64,000 nt of DNA, taken from the NCBI GenBank assembly GCA_963801855.1, contig CAWDGK010000003.1, positions 45,066 to 109,065 on the forward strand. The letters are read 5' to 3'. Numbering within the stretch: the first letter of the stretch is position 1; each line of letters opens with the position of its first letter. Under the pieces are notes generated by a model. The model was not told the DNA's origin. It did not search any database and saw nothing but the letters and a program-made list of their open reading frames with translations. Made by a program: the position numbers and the translations under genes. The DNA is from an uncultured Actinomycetes bacterium (GTDB taxonomy: Bacteria; Actinomycetota; Thermoleophilia; Gaiellales; Gaiellaceae). Below are positions 62,246-64,000 of this stretch, piece after piece.

Positions 62246-62801
62246 TCCTGTAGAGGACGTAGCGCGCAACGCGGCGGTCGTAGCGGTACAGGCGGGACCG
62301 TTGAGCGGTGGCGAAGCGCTCCTTCAACCGCAACTCCAGCCCCTTCACGCTCGGGTCCAGATCCGTGAGCTCCGCGGAGAAGCCCGTGAGCCGACCGTCG
62401 TTCGGAGCGACGTAGTGGAAGAGGAAGCGCGGCCGGGGACAGGGGCGGCGATTGGCGAGCTGGACGACTGCGACCTCCCCTCTCGCCGGACCGCCGCGAA
62501 GAACGTAGAAGACCTCGCGTCTCCCGACGAGCCCATTGGCTTCCGGTGCTCGAAGCGTCTCGAGGGTTCCGTTCCAGACGGCTGAGACGGGGTAGCGCTT
62601 CGAATTCCCGCATCGATCCTCGATGGCCACCGACCACCTCGAGTAGGTGTGACCGGAATCGACGTCGAGCAAGCCGACTGCACGTTCGGCGGCCCGGTCG
62701 CCGTCGAGGTTCGCGCTGCGGGTGACATAGGGGCCACTTGGATGGCCGGCGGGCGCCGAGGGAACGACGAGGAGCGCAAGCAGGAAGACGAGACGCCTCA
62801 C
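62232..62801 (-). CDS. Secreted hypothetical protein
   Basis: 189 aa. It has the signal peptide MRRLVFLLALLVVPSAPAG and a globular composition. I recognise no motif. Confidence 0.6.
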   Translation of the reverse strand: MRRLVFLLALLVVPSAPAGHPSGPYVTRSANLDGDRAAERAVGLLDVDSGHTYSRWSVAIEDRCGNSKRYPVSAVWNGTLETLRAPEANGLVGRREVFYVLRGGPARGEVAVVQLANRRPCPRPRFLFHYVAPNDGRLTGFSAELTDLDPSVKGLELRLKERFATAQRSRLYRYDRRVARYVLYRTTTA

Positions 62802-62821
62802 CTGAGGTAAGACGAACCGGG

Positions 62822-62917
62822 TTACGGCTTGGTTGCGGCCAGCAGCTTCGCGAGCGCGGCGGCGTCGAGCTCGCCGCGATTGCGGGCCAGCGCGATGAGT
62901 GCAGCTTGCTTCGTCAT
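62822..62917 (-). CDS. Possible 31 aa micro-ORF coupled to the metK stop
   Basis: The ATG at 62917 overlaps the metK TGA (ATGA). A GGGGAGG box ends 3 nt upstream. The product is [31 protein letters not shown]. It is too short to judge. Confidence 0.25.
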   Translation of the reverse strand: MTKQAALIALARNRGELDAAALAKLLAATKP

Positions 62918-64000
62918 GGGCCTCCCCAATTCGGAGGCCGGCGCGGCAGTCCTGCTAGGAGGGTTGGCGCAGTAACGCTCGTTGCCGGTGCGAGCGGCAA
63001 GGACGCGCGTTCGCCTGCAGCGCGACGGTGCCTGGTCTCGGCGACGCCGGCTGCGGCCCGCAAGGCGTCTGCCTTGTCCGTCCGCTCCCAGCTGAAGTCG
63101 TGGTCGTCGCGGCCGAAGTGGCCGTACGCCGCGGTCTTCGCGTAGATCGGACGCGCGAGGTCGAGGTCGCGCAGGATTGCCCCGGGACGGAGGTCGAAAT
63201 GCTCGGCGATCAGCTCCTCGATCCGGGCGACCGGAATCTTCTCCGACTCGAAGGTGCGGACTGAGATCGAGACCGGCCGCGCGACACCGATCGCGTAGGC
63301 GACGTTCACCTCGCAGCGATCGGCCAGGTCCGCGGCGACGACGTTCTTGGCGACATACCTCGCTGCGTAGGCGGCCGAACGGTCGACCTTGGTCGGATCC
63401 TTGCCCGAGAACGCTCCGCCGCCGTGCCGAGCCGCCCCGCCGTACGTGTCGACGATGATCTTCCGCCCGGTCAGGCCCGTGTCCCCCATCGGCCCGCCGA
63501 TCACGAACTTGCCGGTCGGGTTCACGTAGACGAAGTCGCGGTCGTTGTGGAGCCGCTGCTCGTCGTAGAGGCGAGGGTCGAGGATCGGGTGCAGGACGTG
63601 CTCGATCACGTCCTCCTTGATCGTCTGCGCGTCGACGTTGTCGGCGTGCTGGGTCGAGACGAGGAGGCGCACGATCTCCACCGGCGTCTGGCGGCCGTGC
63701 TCGTCGACCTCGTAGCGAACGGTGACCTGAGCCTTCCCATCGGGCCGCAGGTACTTGAGCTGCTCCGACTTTCGCACCCCGGCGAGCCGCCGCGCGATCT
63801 TGTGGGCGAGCATGATCGGAAGCGGCATCAGCTCCTGCGACTCGTTCGACGCGTAGCCGAACATCATTCCCTGGTCCCCGGCGCCGACCCGGTCGAGCGG
63901 GTCGTCGTCGCCGGGGTCGTGCTGGATCTCGTAGGACTGGTCGACACCCTGCGCGATGTCGGGCGACTGCTCGTCGATCGCGACGATGACGCCGCAGGTG
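62914..64000 (-). CDS. metK: S-adenosylmethionine synthase (5' end outside window), with ~45 aa C-terminal tail
   Basis: In frame to the window edge, the sequence reads ...[19 protein letters not shown]...[28 protein letters not shown] and YGHFGR. The frame stays open for about 45 codons after the usual end ([15 protein letters not shown]). Confidence 0.92.
   Translation of the reverse strand, partial: TCGVIVAIDEQSPDIAQGVDQSYEIQHDPGDDDPLDRVGAGDQGMMFGYASNESQELMPLPIMLAHKIARRLAGVRKSEQLKYLRPDGKAQVTVRYEVDEHGRQTPVEIVRLLVSTQHADNVDAQTIKEDVIEHVLHPILDPRLYDEQRLHNDRDFVYVNPTGKFVIGGPMGDTGLTGRKIIVDTYGGAARHGGGAFSGKDPTKVDRSAAYAARYVAKNVVAADLADRCEVNVAYAIGVARPVSISVRTFESEKIPVARIEELIAEHFDLRPGAILRDLDLARPIYAKTAAYGHFGRDDHDFSWERTDKADALRAAAGVAETRHRRAAGERASLPLAPATSVTAPTLLAGLPRRPPNWGGP

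Noticed and set aside
1-64000. tRNA, rRNA or other structured RNA genes in intergenic gaps
   Set aside because: All intergenic gaps are 115 nt or shorter. None shows a T-loop GGTTCGAATCC-type sequence or a cloverleaf-compatible layout by eye. This is a manual check only; tRNAscan-SE or Infernal would be decisive.

Overview
This is a very GC-rich chromosomal segment (about 70% GC by eye) with an Actinomycetota-like backbone. About 58 protein genes are tightly packed, mostly on the minus strand, with many 1-8 nt stop/start overlaps. I saw no rRNA, tRNA, CRISPR array, transposase or integrase.

Recognisable backbone, all on the minus strand:
- metK ... priA-def-fmt-rsmB-rpe-ribD-ribE ... ribBA-ribH-rpmB.
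- A primary-type sigma factor.
- A parA-like/ftsZ pair followed by ggt, a GNAT gene, hisC, an MFS transporter, meaB and ilvA.
- A DNA-repair neighbourhood (lhr, uvdE, nei2-like, HhH-GPD, tandem Nudix, stand-alone LigD polymerase domain).
- Two multidomain class III nucleotidyl cyclases.
- An iron-type ABC importer with a DtxR-family repressor.

Most notable observations:
1. ftsZ lies outside any dcw context. It is translationally coupled to a ParA-family ATPase and carries a ~125 aa Pro-rich N-terminal extension whose first residues resemble a ParB-type ParA-activating peptide.
2. A collagen-like (GXY, ~49 triplets) protein with a BclA-type C-terminal domain is coupled to an L,D-transpeptidase.
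3. The riboflavin operon is split by a 4 kb opposite-strand gene. That gene encodes a secreted LamG-FN3-Ig...FN3-Ig-LamG protein with mirror-like internal duplication.
4. Two copies of an 18 bp palindrome (TGTAAGG-N4-CCTTACA) sit in front of the ABC importer genes next to the DtxR-like gene.
5. A rhodanese-E1-like/JAMM/FAD-oxidoreductase operon has no visible ubiquitin-like sulfur carrier.
6. Many conserved genes carry single-nucleotide frame disruptions (hisC, lhr, fmt, an M20 peptidase, the moeZ-like gene and others). This points to uncorrected indel errors in the assembly or to real pseudogenisation, and needs read-level checking.

All coordinates and calls come from manual reading of the ORF track and the sequence. 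No database search was run.
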